Below the pieces are notes generated by a model. It was given only the letters and a program-made list of their open reading frames with translations. It searched no databases and was not told where the DNA came from. Below are positions 1 through 9,117 of a stretch of 33,145 nt of DNA, piece by piece. The DNA comes from a virus (taxonomy: Duplodnaviria > Caudoviricetes). Numbering within the stretch: the stretch's first letter is position 1; each line of letters opens with the position of its first letter. A program made the position numbers and the translations under genes. Where the stretch lies: the IMG/VR virus record IMGVR_UViG_3300030372_004605, positions 1 to 33,145 of that record; one strand, written 5' to 3'.

Positions 1-435
1 CTCATCTTCAAGATAGAACAAGACATCCCAGACACGGACAATGTTCTTTGGCTTGGGGTGGGCTTTCGCATGAAGAATCTCACGCTCCCAATCTCGGGCC
101 GCAGGAACTTCGGGAACACAGGTTTTGTGTTCCTTATCTTCCCAGTCGATGGAGATGGCGAGGACGAGGAGGTCTTCCTCCAAGTTCTTGGGATGGTTAT
201 AATTACCAGTCCGTGAATGAACCCCAGTGCCGCAACGTATCTTCAGGATCGTGTTGGCACCTTCATCATTCAGCTCCCCTCCATCGTCCGGGCTCCATAT
301 GTACTCGACATCAAGGGTCGGGGTATGCTTTATATAAAAGCATTCTCCAGTCCTTGTGTCCCACACTGGGGGCATCTCTTCTTTCTGCAAGTCCTCACGG
401 ATTTGCATTGGGTGGTTATTTATTGGTTTATTCAT
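1..435 (-). CDS. Hypothetical phage protein, truncated at the window's left edge (not in the ORF track)
   Basis: My translation gives ATG at 435-433 and 145 open codons to position 1 (MNKPINNHPMQIREDLQKEEMPPVWDTRTGECFYIK...VWDVLFYLEDE). It is co-oriented with its neighbours and has an A-rich leader. Confidence 0.75.
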   Translation of the reverse strand, partial: MNKPINNHPMQIREDLQKEEMPPVWDTRTGECFYIKHTPTLDVEYIWSPDDGGELNDEGANTILKIRCGTGVHSRTGNYNHPKNLEEDLLVLAISIDWEDKEHKTCVPEVPAARDWEREILHAKAHPKPKNIVRVWDVLFYLEDE

Positions 436-452
436 TTTGTTTCCTTTCTATT

Positions 453-644
453 CTAATTTTTGATTTGTCTGCTAAACTTCCCGATGATTTCACTGATGAG
501 GTCATGTTTGGCATCACCTTCAATGCCATCGACCTCTTCAATGAAGTCTACGAGATCCATTTCACCCATCAGAACGGCTCGGAGAATTATGTCCCACTCC
601 GCAGCCGTTAGACTGATCGAGTATTTTTTATTTGGTTTATTCAT
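453..644 (-). CDS. Small acidic hypothetical protein (63 aa)
   Basis: 3' part of ORF 453..755. ATG at 644 (MNKPNKK) avoids overlap with the upstream gene and has the same start context as the gene at 435. Confidence 0.7.
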   Translation of the reverse strand: MNKPNKKYSISLTAAEWDIILRAVLMGEMDLVDFIEEVDGIEGDAKHDLISEIIGKFSRQIKN

Positions 645-690
645 TTGTTTAAAGTGCCCCCCTCCGAAGAGGGGGTTTTGGTGTTTTGTT

Positions 691-1023
691 TTACCCAAAC
701 AAGTCTGTCCACATTTCGCGGACTTCGGCATCACCCATTTGATTGTAGCCACCACAACCGTCCATTAAGATGTCGAGGATTTCTCCTTCATTTAGGTTCT
801 CACGCTCCCTCTCGGCAAGATCTAGCCTCATCTGATGATGCTGATTACCTTCGTCGGATTCGGCCATGCAAATAATCTTGATTAGCTCGAACTCCTTAGC
901 CCGATAGGATCGGGACAGCTCCTCCCCAGCTTTGCTCTCTGCTTCGGATTCGCTGTCCGCTTCAACGAGGAAGCTAAGGTTGGGGATGTCGTTGGATGTG
1001 TAGGTAACTTCGTATTCACTCAT
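691..1023 (-). CDS. Small acidic hypothetical protein
   Basis: 110-aa ORF that tiles with its neighbours. The N-terminal 'YEVTY...FLVEADSESEA' pattern is typical of small phage early proteins. Confidence 0.75.
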   Translation of the reverse strand: MSEYEVTYTSNDIPNLSFLVEADSESEAESKAGEELSRSYRAKEFELIKIICMAESDEGNQHHQMRLDLAERERENLNEGEILDILMDGCGGYNQMGDAEVREMWTDLFG

Positions 1024-1056
1024 GGTTTCTTAGTCTTTCTATTTTGGTGTTTTGTT

Positions 1057-2301
1057 TTACTGGTCGCTCTTCACGAAGTGGGGTAGAGCGAGTTCCTCAT
1101 AGTTCCACTCTGCAGGAGACTGCCCTAAAGGGAGTTCGAGGTGTACGCCCAAGTTACTTATGACCTGTCTGTAGGTGTGAAAGTTCCTACGAAGCCAATA
1201 GTAACTAAAAGAGCGAGGATTAACATCAACTACATACAGCCCCCTAGTAATAGGTAGCTTTAATGTTGGATACTCTTGGCTAAACATAGGTGACGTACAA
1301 GTCAGATCCTTTGATTGATACCGACTATTCCTGATGTCTCCCACGTGCTCTTCCCAGCTAAAGCTCCAGACGCCGTCTGTCCTCGCACTAGTCCTAGGTA
1401 AGTTACTCGCAGGAGCAGTAAGTATGTTGTTGAATACCTCTGAAGCTGAGTCTATCAGACCCGCCGTCGTATTGAAAGCGGCCATCATGTTACTCAGGTT
1501 ATCGTGGTCTGTATGGAACGTACCTGCCGACTCCACGGAAGCAGGTGCAAAATGCCGTTCTGCCTGAACCTGCATTTCCTGTACCATGTCACTAGCTTGT
1601 TTATCAAGTGTAGCCTTCATTAGACCCAGAGAATTAGCCATCACTTTAAGCTCATTCTCCCGACGAATTGCCCCATAAGCTAAGCTACGAAGAACCTGCT
1701 CAAAGGCCGGGTTAACATGATTTGCTGGTAGTAGTTTCTCAACCTCTGCCCGCTTGTCGTCGTTAGCATCTGCTTCGACTAGCAGGTCAGGTATCCAATG
1801 TCGTATGCCCAACCCCTCTTTTTCGGGGTGGGTTCCCAGAAGAAGCATTTTAATAGCCGCTTCATTAGGCGTCTTCACCGAGAGATGCCTAACATCTACG
1901 TGGTCACGATACCACTGGATTATGGGAACCGGGTTAACCGGAATATCTTTATCCGGGTATTCAACCTTAATACGATCCTTATTTATATAGTCGGCCGTAG
2001 GACTACCGTGGTCATTGGCCATGTTCCAACACCACGCCTGCCGTATCTGCTTACGGGCGTCCCTCAACATATTGTGAGATCTGGTAGATAACCCGATGGT
2101 GCTCCAAGAACTGAAGGGCCACTGCACCAAGTAACTACCCATATGTGACAGTATGGGCAGGAATTCTGCCTTTTGATCTAGTCTAGGATTAGGAGGGTCT
2201 ATCTTAGACCATAACGTGTGCCCAGATAGACGAAGACGTCCTGCTGAAGCCCGCTTCTCGGGGTGGTTAATGGCTGTTGTGATTAATTCATTTACATTCA
2301 T
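1057..2301 (-). CDS. Hypothetical protein (414 aa)
   Basis: Long ORF directly downstream of the vWA gene. No motif recognised. Confidence 0.8.
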   Translation of the reverse strand: MNVNELITTAINHPEKRASAGRLRLSGHTLWSKIDPPNPRLDQKAEFLPILSHMGSYLVQWPFSSWSTIGLSTRSHNMLRDARKQIRQAWCWNMANDHGSPTADYINKDRIKVEYPDKDIPVNPVPIIQWYRDHVDVRHLSVKTPNEAAIKMLLLGTHPEKEGLGIRHWIPDLLVEADANDDKRAEVEKLLPANHVNPAFEQVLRSLAYGAIRRENELKVMANSLGLMKATLDKQASDMVQEMQVQAERHFAPASVESAGTFHTDHDNLSNMMAAFNTTAGLIDSASEVFNNILTAPASNLPRTSARTDGVWSFSWEEHVGDIRNSRYQSKDLTCTSPMFSQEYPTLKLPITRGLYVVDVNPRSFSYYWLRRNFHTYRQVISNLGVHLELPLGQSPAEWNYEELALPHFVKSDQ

Positions 2302-2340
2302 AATGGTATTTTATAATGTTAGTTGTTTTCTTTTGGGGGT

Positions 2341-3729
2341 TTAGATGAATGGGCGCATGTCTACTACACGGGACCACTTGGGATACTCAGAAGGATCTAA
2401 TCCAAAGGTGAAGAACACTGTTGGATATGGAGGAGCTTCCTCGGGGAAAGGTCCGTAGCCATCTGTAAAGTACAGGAGCAGTTTAGGTGTAGTGGGGCAT
2501 TCGGTTTTGGCCCATTCAAATGGTGGGCGAAAGTCAGTGCCTCCACGACCTCTGGCCGTGAAGTCAATCTTATCACCCGGGTTATACTCTTGTATAATCC
2601 CATCTAAAGCCGCATCAATGTCGAGCACCCAGAGGCGCTTAACCTTGATAGTTTGTACGGCTTGTTCCAGTGCAGTACAGCTCATGCTAAGCCACTTGGA
2701 ATACATCGACCCCGATGTGTCCTTAGCGGCAATGATGTCTGAGACAGCAGGAACACTTATGTCTTCGATGTACAGGTCATCTGCCAGATGTCTGCGATCA
2801 AAGTGTGTCTCTGACACGTCCGGGGAGGCGCAAGCTTGAACAAAGTTCTGGATGATCTGCGCCAAGTTAATACCCGGCGGTTCTCTGTCCAGTTCCTCAA
2901 TCAAGTTGCTGGGGAAGTCGCCGCTGTTTCTTGCTATCTGCGCAATCTTCTTGGCGGTCTTCTCCCATTGACGACGGAGGTTTCTAACCATGTCCTCAGG
3001 CGAGGCGTTCTCGTCTTCCTCTTCGCCAGAAGCACCCGGCTCGGGGGCCTTGAAACCGCCCGGACCAGTGAAGTCTTCCCAGTCACTAATGGGTCCCAAC
3101 TTCTTGGGCACACTAGACTTACCTTTAGACTTCTGGCCGGAAGCGTCCCCGGTTCCATCCGCATCGCTTTCGCCTTCGGCGTCTCCATCGCCGTCTCCAT
3201 CGCCATCTTTATCACCAGAGTTTTTCTCATCATCCCAAGCTCTCGCAAGCTCGTTATATATGATTTCCTCTGCCTTCCTGCCATACTCCACAGAGTCAAG
3301 AATCTTGCCCTCTGGAGGATTAGCCGGGAGTAGGATATTAGGAGACACTCTAGATAACTCACGGAGATGACGGTTGATAACCAAGTCCGTAGCCATGTTA
3401 GCTAGGAAATGGATGGCGTGTTTGAACCTGTCAAAATGTAACCACAAGGGGTGTAACATTTCGTGAAACATTAGACCGATCTTTTGGGGATCGCTTCCGA
3501 TGTTCCAGTAAGGCAGGTAAACCCAAACCGAATAACCGTCTGTACAAGCAGTGTCTCCCGACTTAAGTGGCTCATTACAAGCTACCCACTTGAGTCTGGT
3601 TAGACCACTGGTGTACTTGCTAAGGATTCTGTCCATAACGACTTTCCGGAGCATCCGGTTAATGTCCTTGTCGAACTCCTCCTGAGTAGTTACCTCGTGT
3701 TCGTTGGTATTGAATATTATTTCACTCAT
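2341..3729 (-). CDS. DUF2201-type metallopeptidase-vWA domain protein
   Basis: TACTDG motif, HEMLH zincin motif and N-x-A-x-D-x-x-IN, then an acidic Gly/Asp linker. C-terminal vWA has MIDAS DTSGS, GRGGTDF and YFTDGYG. Likely start is MSEII at 3729. Confidence 0.9.
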   Translation of the reverse strand: MSEIIFNTNEHEVTTQEEFDKDINRMLRKVVMDRILSKYTSGLTRLKWVACNEPLKSGDTACTDGYSVWVYLPYWNIGSDPQKIGLMFHEMLHPLWLHFDRFKHAIHFLANMATDLVINRHLRELSRVSPNILLPANPPEGKILDSVEYGRKAEEIIYNELARAWDDEKNSGDKDGDGDGDGDAEGESDADGTGDASGQKSKGKSSVPKKLGPISDWEDFTGPGGFKAPEPGASGEEEDENASPEDMVRNLRRQWEKTAKKIAQIARNSGDFPSNLIEELDREPPGINLAQIIQNFVQACASPDVSETHFDRRHLADDLYIEDISVPAVSDIIAAKDTSGSMYSKWLSMSCTALEQAVQTIKVKRLWVLDIDAALDGIIQEYNPGDKIDFTARGRGGTDFRPPFEWAKTECPTTPKLLLYFTDGYGPFPEEAPPYPTVFFTFGLDPSEYPKWSRVVDMRPFI

Positions 3730-3758
3730 ATTTGTTTTACATTTGCGACGCTGAGGGA

Positions 3759-4046
3759 CTAGTCCTCCAGCATCAGTTTTTTCATTCGAGCTGACGCTAC
3801 AATCAACTCGGGGTTGTGCTCTACAGCCCTTTGGAGGGTGGGGGTGATACGCCAATTATTACCCGGTGGGCTTTTGGATATACCGGGCATTGCCTGTATA
3901 TGTCCTAGGTAGAGAGCGGCTTGTTGCTCCACACCATTAAGGGACCACGTTTTGTATTCCACCCACTCCTCAGACACCTCCCCGGGTTCATGCCGGGGAG
4001 GTGTCAACAGAGCTTCGATTATGTCCTCAGCGTTATCCACGACCAC
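3759..4046 (-). CDS. Hypothetical protein between the AAA+ and vWA genes
   Basis: 95-aa ORF whose start overlaps the AAA+ stop and which fills the gap to the vWA start. Confidence 0.55.
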   Translation of the reverse strand: MVVDNAEDIIEALLTPPRHEPGEVSEEWVEYKTWSLNGVEQQAALYLGHIQAMPGISKSPPGNNWRITPTLQRAVEHNPELIVASARMKKLMLED

Positions 4047-5193
4047 AAACCTCCAGAGTGTTCTCCTTCATCCATTTAACAATGGCTGGGTTACTAACTA
4101 AAGTAGGTTTGGTCTTGGCTATAGCTTTAGCCACATAAGCGGCCATGAACCCTTTCTTACCTGTAAGGCGGTAAGCAACCCTCATGCAGGCGTCCACATT
4201 TTCTTCTGTGGCTTCACCTACAAGTCTACAAGCGATGATCCACCTAGTAGTGTCATCGCTTGGGATTGTGCAGTTGTCTGGGTCAGACAACAACTTGTCT
4301 ATGGAACCTACGGTTTCGTAGATCTCAAGCCAAGCAATCAAAGACTGAGCGGCCTTATAGCCGATGCCTCCAGCTACACGTGGGAGGAACAGGGGATCCT
4401 CTGAAGGACGACCCTTAAGAGTCCTCTTTCCGTTGGAATCTGTATCCACATAGTTGGACTCAAACAACTTCCCGATGTTCTCCAGTGACCTGAAGGACGC
4501 GAAGTTGGACTCTCCGTCCCATGTAGTGAGATCATAGTCATATGGAACGTCAGCATTGCTTTTCATAAAAGCATACAGCTCCGGATACAACCCGATCTTC
4601 TCCAACCACTTCATCCACCCATCAACATCCGGCTGGATGTGATAGAATACATACCTGTTGGCATTGGAGAATGGCATACGCTCAGACTGACACCCATGCG
4701 CAAGGCCGTTGGCACTCGCCGCGTGGAGGGTGTTAATAGGTAGCTTAAGATTGCCGAGGCAGTTGTCATTGATGACCTGCTTCATCATCTTGTGCATAAC
4801 ACCCGTGGCATCACCCATCTCATCAGAGTGAATGAAGTAACGCCCTTCTGGGTCGATCCCATCCCTAAGGAATGGGAACTCTTCATTACCTACGTACCTC
4901 GCTACGTTCAACTCACGGTCAACGGACGGGATACGAACATCTGATGGGATGTAGTTGCCTGCACGTATATCAATGAAGATCCTGTCCATTGCCTCAGCCA
5001 CCTGCATATTGATCTGGGATTTACCAATACCCGGCTCAGCTATGAAGTAAGGTGCCTGTAGACCATCTCGTGTCCCCTTAACCTTTAACTGCCACTCAAG
5101 CTCTCGCTCGTGGGAGAAAAGGATATCGGGAATGTCCTTGGCCACAATGGTTATCTTCTTATTGATCTCGTTGGTATTTTTTGATTTTGACAT
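4033..5193 (-). CDS. MoxR/AAA_5-type AAA+ ATPase
   Basis: Walker A-like AEPGIGKS, Walker B FIHSDE, sensor-1 ASAN, Arg finger ANRY and sensor-2-like SFRSL. Adjacent to a vWA gene. Confidence 0.88.
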   Translation of the reverse strand: MSKSKNTNEINKKITIVAKDIPDILFSHERELEWQLKVKGTRDGLQAPYFIAEPGIGKSQINMQVAEAMDRIFIDIRAGNYIPSDVRIPSVDRELNVARYVGNEEFPFLRDGIDPEGRYFIHSDEMGDATGVMHKMMKQVINDNCLGNLKLPINTLHAASANGLAHGCQSERMPFSNANRYVFYHIQPDVDGWMKWLEKIGLYPELYAFMKSNADVPYDYDLTTWDGESNFASFRSLENIGKLFESNYVDTDSNGKRTLKGRPSEDPLFLPRVAGGIGYKAAQSLIAWLEIYETVGSIDKLLSDPDNCTIPSDDTTRWIIACRLVGEATEENVDACMRVAYRLTGKKGFMAAYVAKAIAKTKPTLVSNPAIVKWMKENTLEVCGRG

Positions 5194-5239
5194 ATGTATT
5201 ATGTTCTTGTGGGAGGCATAACCTCCCGGGTTTTATTGG

Positions 5240-5623
5240 TTACTCTGGTAGAGCAACACCTTTTTCAACGACCTCAGCATCTGAAAGATCAGATGCGAGG
5301 ACGTTGACCTCAAAGATATCGCGTACGATTTCCTTTAGAGGTTCGGCTTCCTTCGAGCGAAGTCCGCCTAGTTTAGACATGATGTCCTTATAGGCAATCA
5401 TGTCGTGCTTGAGGGTCGGGGTTACCTCTTCCTCAGGAGAATCCTCAAGGATGTCCTTAAGGGGGAACTCAAGGGGAGTCCCCCTACTACCCTTCTTGCG
5501 AAGGGTAATAAGGGGCTCATTGCTCGACAGCCAGAAGGCTTCCGAGTTAGTGAGGGTTACTATATAGTCTTCCCCACGAATCACGGTTTCCCTGACTATT
5601 GGTTTGGATAACTTAGTAGCCAT
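5240..5623 (-). CDS. Hypothetical phage protein
   Basis: 127-aa ORF whose ATG directly abuts the upstream stop (translational coupling). Confidence 0.8.
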   Translation of the reverse strand: MATKLSKPIVRETVIRGEDYIVTLTNSEAFWLSSNEPLITLRKKGSRGTPLEFPLKDILEDSPEEEVTPTLKHDMIAYKDIMSKLGGLRSKEAEPLKEIVRDIFEVNVLASDLSDAEVVEKGVALPE

Positions 5624-6562
5624 TTAGAAACTCATCTTGCTGAGAATATCCTCAGCAGTCTTCTTAGCTTCTTTACGGGCATTCTCATTACCCTTCAGGA
5701 TTTCGACGTCCCATCCGCACAAGACCTTAGTCTCGTTACATAGCTCGACAAGGTCGGGATCATGTCCGATGATCATGTCAGGCAGGACTTCCACTAAAGA
5801 CTTGATGTTATCTATAATAGACTCGTGCATCCTACTGGTGCCGTCTTGATTATATTTTACCATCTTTTCTTTAAGCTTAAGGACAACTTCCCTGAGACGT
5901 CCCCTTAACTGGGTGTTCGCTTCAGACATGAGGATATTCTCTTCATGTTTAATGCGAGCCCGGACTCCGTTGATAATGTCCTGAGATACTCCCTTCAGGT
6001 TGTTTGAAGGAATGTTATCCTCCTTGAACGTGAAGGAATAGTACTGGGCCATATCCTCGGAAGAGCGAGTAAACCACTTCTTCTGGGAAGGTGTAAGCTT
6101 ATCATAAAGATTCTCACCTTGAGCATCCTTCTGATTATGCAGAGCCTCCATAGATTTGGGCCTAATCTCTGTCTCCCATCTGGTGAGGAAGTCAGACTTA
6201 AGCCTATCGAATTCCGGAATAGCTCGTGACACGAACTCCTGTACCCGGAAGTAGTTGTTGGAAGAGATAAGCAACTTGCCATCCAAGTTAGTGGTGTTGG
6301 CTGTAAAGAAGTCGCGTATCTCTCGCTCCATAGTCAACAGAGGTTTAAGGTATCTCTGTTCCAGAAGATAAGTACCACCAGTGGTCTTGTCTTCCTCATT
6401 GCCGAACTTCTCAGCTACGGCACGTTGAGCGGCCTTAACTTTTCCAGTCGGGTTTCTTACACACACTTTCATGCGGTAGCCTATGGAAAAATCAGACAGG
6501 TTGGCTGAAGAGATATCCTCAGTTGACTGTTGGGTATTGGGTGTTGGTTGGATTGTATCCAT
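5624..6562 (-). CDS. DUF3150-like protein
   Basis: 312-aa helical protein. Its size, sequence pattern and position upstream of AAA+/vWA genes match the DUF3150-like proteins of such phage modules. The family call is by recall, not by search. Confidence 0.6.
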   Translation of the reverse strand: MDTIQPTPNTQQSTEDISSANLSDFSIGYRMKVCVRNPTGKVKAAQRAVAEKFGNEEDKTTGGTYLLEQRYLKPLLTMEREIRDFFTANTTNLDGKLLISSNNYFRVQEFVSRAIPEFDRLKSDFLTRWETEIRPKSMEALHNQKDAQGENLYDKLTPSQKKWFTRSSEDMAQYYSFTFKEDNIPSNNLKGVSQDIINGVRARIKHEENILMSEANTQLRGRLREVVLKLKEKMVKYNQDGTSRMHESIIDNIKSLVEVLPDMIIGHDPDLVELCNETKVLCGWDVEILKGNENARKEAKKTAEDILSKMSF

Positions 6563-6615
6563 TTACATTGGTGTCGGTATTCAAAGCCGCCGACGTCGGT
6601 GGTTGTTTGTTGTAG

Positions 6616-6676
6616 AGTAGTATTAAATACTACTGGTATTCTAGCCCCTTGCAAGAAGGGAGAAGAAAATTATATT
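6616..6676. promoter_or_regulatory. Back-to-back sigma70-like promoters plus palindromic operator
   Basis: Palindromic TTGCAA at 6649-6654 is followed at 16 nt by TATATT (6671-6676, rightward) and by TAGTAT (minus strand, 6632-6627). A perfect inverted repeat AGTAGTATT-A-AATACTACT lies at 6616-6634. Confidence 0.6.
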
Positions 6677-6683
6677 ATAAAGC

Positions 6684-7280
6684 ATGGCGAAACGAGGCCG
6701 ACCACCTAAAACAGACGTCCCTTGGGAGGACATCAAGAATGCTTATATGCTTGGTGAACCTTGCGGGGTAATATGCGAACGTTACCCGGGACTAAAACCC
6801 GGTACCCTGCGATCTCGCGCTTCTCGTGAGGGCTGGACTACTCCCCGCAACATAAAGCAAAAGCTTGCGGAGAGAGTTAATGCGGTAAAAGTAGCAGAGC
6901 TTACGGGGGATTTAACCCCAACTCAGGCTAAAGGCCAAATCAATCAGCTTGACGCCGTTGTAGAAACGTTGGCCGAGCGACAAGCCGAACACCGTGAAAC
7001 GATATCTAGAATCACGGAAAAGAAATTTAAGAAACACAAATTACCTCCAATAAAAACATGGAGAGATGCCGACATAGCCGACAAGATGGCGCGTCGGGCG
7101 TTGGAGATGGATTCCGATACGCCCGACGCGGTCATCAATGTCGGTGTGTTGGGTGGAGGAGCGGTCATTGATGACTACTCCCCCCAGCCCGATGTTCTAC
7201 CATCCGGGGAAGGTGGAAATATAGGCCATGACGCCTATAATGAACCCGAACAACATAAGGAACAAGAGGGCGATAACTAA
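6684..7280 (+). CDS. terS: Terminase small subunit-like HTH protein
   Basis: N-terminus GRPPK..WEDIKNAY..G..ICERY..GTLRSRASREGW matches the TerS N-terminal HTH pattern, followed by helical segments and an acidic tail. It is the only rightward gene in the early region. Confidence 0.65.
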   Translation: MAKRGRPPKTDVPWEDIKNAYMLGEPCGVICERYPGLKPGTLRSRASREGWTTPRNIKQKLAERVNAVKVAELTGDLTPTQAKGQINQLDAVVETLAERQAEHRETISRITEKKFKKHKLPPIKTWRDADIADKMARRALEMDSDTPDAVINVGVLGGGAVIDDYSPQPDVLPSGEGGNIGHDAYNEPEQHKEQEGDN

Positions 7281-7523
7281 GCCGCCCAAGGAGTTAGGTA
7301 GAAGACTTCTGGTGTAGACTGCTTTGTTAACAATCTTCTCCACTTCTGCCTTCCTAAGGTTGGGTATCTTATCTGTCCCGCCGAAGTGGTCGGCTAGGAT
7401 CTTCCTGTATTTCTTCCTTTTTCGCTGATCAATGGAGTCATTCATACGCTCGCGCACATCTGCCCACTTTTTCCATTCGCTGGCGTCTGCCCATTTATCA
7501 TTATCTTCTTTAGTTGTAGTCAT
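7197..7523 (-). CDS. Hypothetical protein with C-terminal transmembrane helix
   Basis: Likely start MTTTKE at 7523, overlapping the upstream stop. Hydrophobic LGGLVIALLFLMLFGFIIGVMAYI segment. Confidence 0.7.
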   Translation of the reverse strand: MTTTKEDNDKWADASEWKKWADVRERMNDSIDQRKRKKYRKILADHFGGTDKIPNLRKAEVEKIVNKAVYTRSLLPNSLGGLVIALLFLMLFGFIIGVMAYISTFPGW

Positions 7524-7780
7524 CAATATTCCTCCGACTTTATAACCTCTATAGCGGCCTCTTCTGTGCAACTCTCTACAAATTTATGTAGCTGTGGTTT
7601 AGACAGAGCCTTTTCTCTTAGGTAGTCACAGTAGTTCTTTGCTATGAGCGCGGACTCTACTATTTCCATTTGTACATGACGACCTTCTTGTACAAGGTGG
7701 TCAATAACATCTAAGAGATGTTCTATAGGGTTGGGTTTTCTTGGTTCGAGGTCGTTGTCCATGGGGTCACTCATGTTCAC
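7523..7780 (-). CDS. Hypothetical protein
   Basis: 85-aa ORF overlapping and coupled to both neighbours. Confidence 0.7.
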   Translation of the reverse strand: MNMSDPMDNDLEPRKPNPIEHLLDVIDHLVQEGRHVQMEIVESALIAKNYCDYLREKALSKPQLHKFVESCTEEAAIEVIKSEEY

Positions 7781-8108
7781 CTCCCTCTAGGTCTTTCATA
7801 GCGCACATAGAAAAGGCGCTTATGGCATTCGCAATGATTGTCCATATCTTCTGAGGTAGAACTCCTATGGGTTCATCCTCTGGTATATCGACTGTAGATG
7901 CGAATGGGTTATTAAGAGCTTCCTCTGGAGAAGCTCCCCTCTCTAACTCCCGCAACACTCTTAGGTGCCCGTTGCGGAAATCCAATACGGGTTTTACTCG
8001 ATCCCTGCCGTTAAGCTTCTTGCCAGCTTCAATAGCTGACCTGAGATGCCTAATCCAGCGATCATGCTCTTTGACTAATGCCTTGTGAGCTTGGTTTTCT
8101 CTTGTCAT
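7767..8108 (-). CDS. Hypothetical protein
   Basis: 113-aa ORF with AGGAAGGA upstream, tiled in the operon. Confidence 0.75.
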   Translation of the reverse strand: MTRENQAHKALVKEHDRWIRHLRSAIEAGKKLNGRDRVKPVLDFRNGHLRVLRELERGASPEEALNNPFASTVDIPEDEPIGVLPQKIWTIIANAISAFSMCAMKDLEGGEHE

Positions 8109-8121
8109 ATATTCCTTCCTA

Positions 8122-8183
8122 ACCCAAGCAGGGTACCCGGTGTTGGGTACCCTGCTGTTGGGTGTTGGGTGTTGGGTGTTGGG
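8122..8183. repeat. (TGTTGGG)4 heptamer array with an adjoining hairpin
   Basis: Four perfect units at 8156-8183 abut the stop codon of 8184..8375. Hairpin GCAGGGTACCC-GGTGTT-GGGTACCCTGC lies alongside. Confidence 0.9.
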
Positions 8184-8375
8184 TTAAGCCTTTTTAAGGA
8201 CTTTCTTCCTGCGCGTTGCCAGTCCCTTGAGCTTGGCAAGGTAGCCCGGTATAGCAAGGCCATACTTGGCCTCATCCCGGACAACGTTGGCAACGATGGC
8301 GTCTATCTCCTGAGGAGACTTAGATGCTTTAATGCGGGAACGGTTTCCCATGGTTTTTTTAGCTTTTTTAGCCAT
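8184..8375 (-). CDS. Small basic hypothetical protein
   Basis: 63 aa, Lys/Arg-rich (MAKKAKK...RRKKVLKKA). Confidence 0.7.
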   Translation of the reverse strand: MAKKAKKTMGNRSRIKASKSPQEIDAIVANVVRDEAKYGLAIPGYLAKLKGLATRRKKVLKKA

Positions 8376-8424
8376 ATGTGTAAGGGTGACGGTGTTTTAA
8401 GACCTGTCAGGGTCGTTGGGTGTT

Positions 8425-9048
8425 TTAGATGCTGTACATTCTGCCAAAGGCTTTGCACATGTGCTCAAAAGGAGCTATGTGGTCTACCTTTATTTCTTGT
8501 ACACGCTCTTGGAATCTTTTGTGAGCCTTCTCTCCTCCACCTTCCTCAATGAGGAGTAGTGAATCAATATACGCCCCCTTAAGAGACTTTAATACGATCC
8601 CGCATCCTCTCCACTGGTGGGGGTCCTTAGGCCAATCCGTGGGTTCGGTGTACCCTTGGATTCCAAAGAAGGCGGCATCCACCTCCGCACGGAGTTTTGC
8701 TTGCTCTTTAATGCACTTAGACAGCTCTTTGAACTGGCTAGTGTGCCTCAATGCATCACAAATAGAGTACTGTTCGACGGTTTTAAGGTCTATGGACTCT
8801 CCCCCGAACTCATCTCTAAAAGGACTAGGTGTATATTTTTCTCTAGCCTCTTTCGTCCACTTGTCAGCAACTTCGAGAGTATTCAAGAAATTGGTGAGCG
8901 TGTGCGCGTTGATAGGGAGTGCAGGGTGCTGATAAGATTCAGCGGCCGTCTTGAATTGATGGAAAACATCTAAGAAGGCCTCCCACAACTTAAGCTTATG
9001 AAGCTTACGGGTTTCCGCGTTATTAGGTATTGTTTTTATTGTAGCCAT
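8425..9048 (-). CDS. Hypothetical protein
   Basis: ORF 8425..9069. Likely start is MATIK at 9048. Confidence 0.75.
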   Translation of the reverse strand: MATIKTIPNNAETRKLHKLKLWEAFLDVFHQFKTAAESYQHPALPINAHTLTNFLNTLEVADKWTKEAREKYTPSPFRDEFGGESIDLKTVEQYSICDALRHTSQFKELSKCIKEQAKLRAEVDAAFFGIQGYTEPTDWPKDPHQWRGCGIVLKSLKGAYIDSLLLIEEGGGEKAHKRFQERVQEIKVDHIAPFEHMCKAFGRMYSI

Positions 9049-9117
9049 TATTCTACATATGACCCCCACATGGGAGGAGTTTGGTGTTTGTTTTTAAGTA
9101 GGTATAAAATACCCCTT

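Noticed and set aside
48-611. 187-aa plus-strand ORF and the many other antisense ORFs in the track
   Set aside because: They are shadows of tightly tiled genes on the opposite strand, including the edge-truncated gene at 1-435.
3160-3215. Hexamer-like repeats in the vWA gene
   Set aside because: They simply encode the Gly-Asp low-complexity linker common in DUF2201-type proteins.
8085-8552. ORFs 8085..8552 (+) and 8105..8293 (-), and similarly 9976..10182 (+)
   Set aside because: They read through heptamer repeats or lie antisense or out of frame to better-supported genes. Their VGCWVLG/PTPNTQH peptides are repeat translations.
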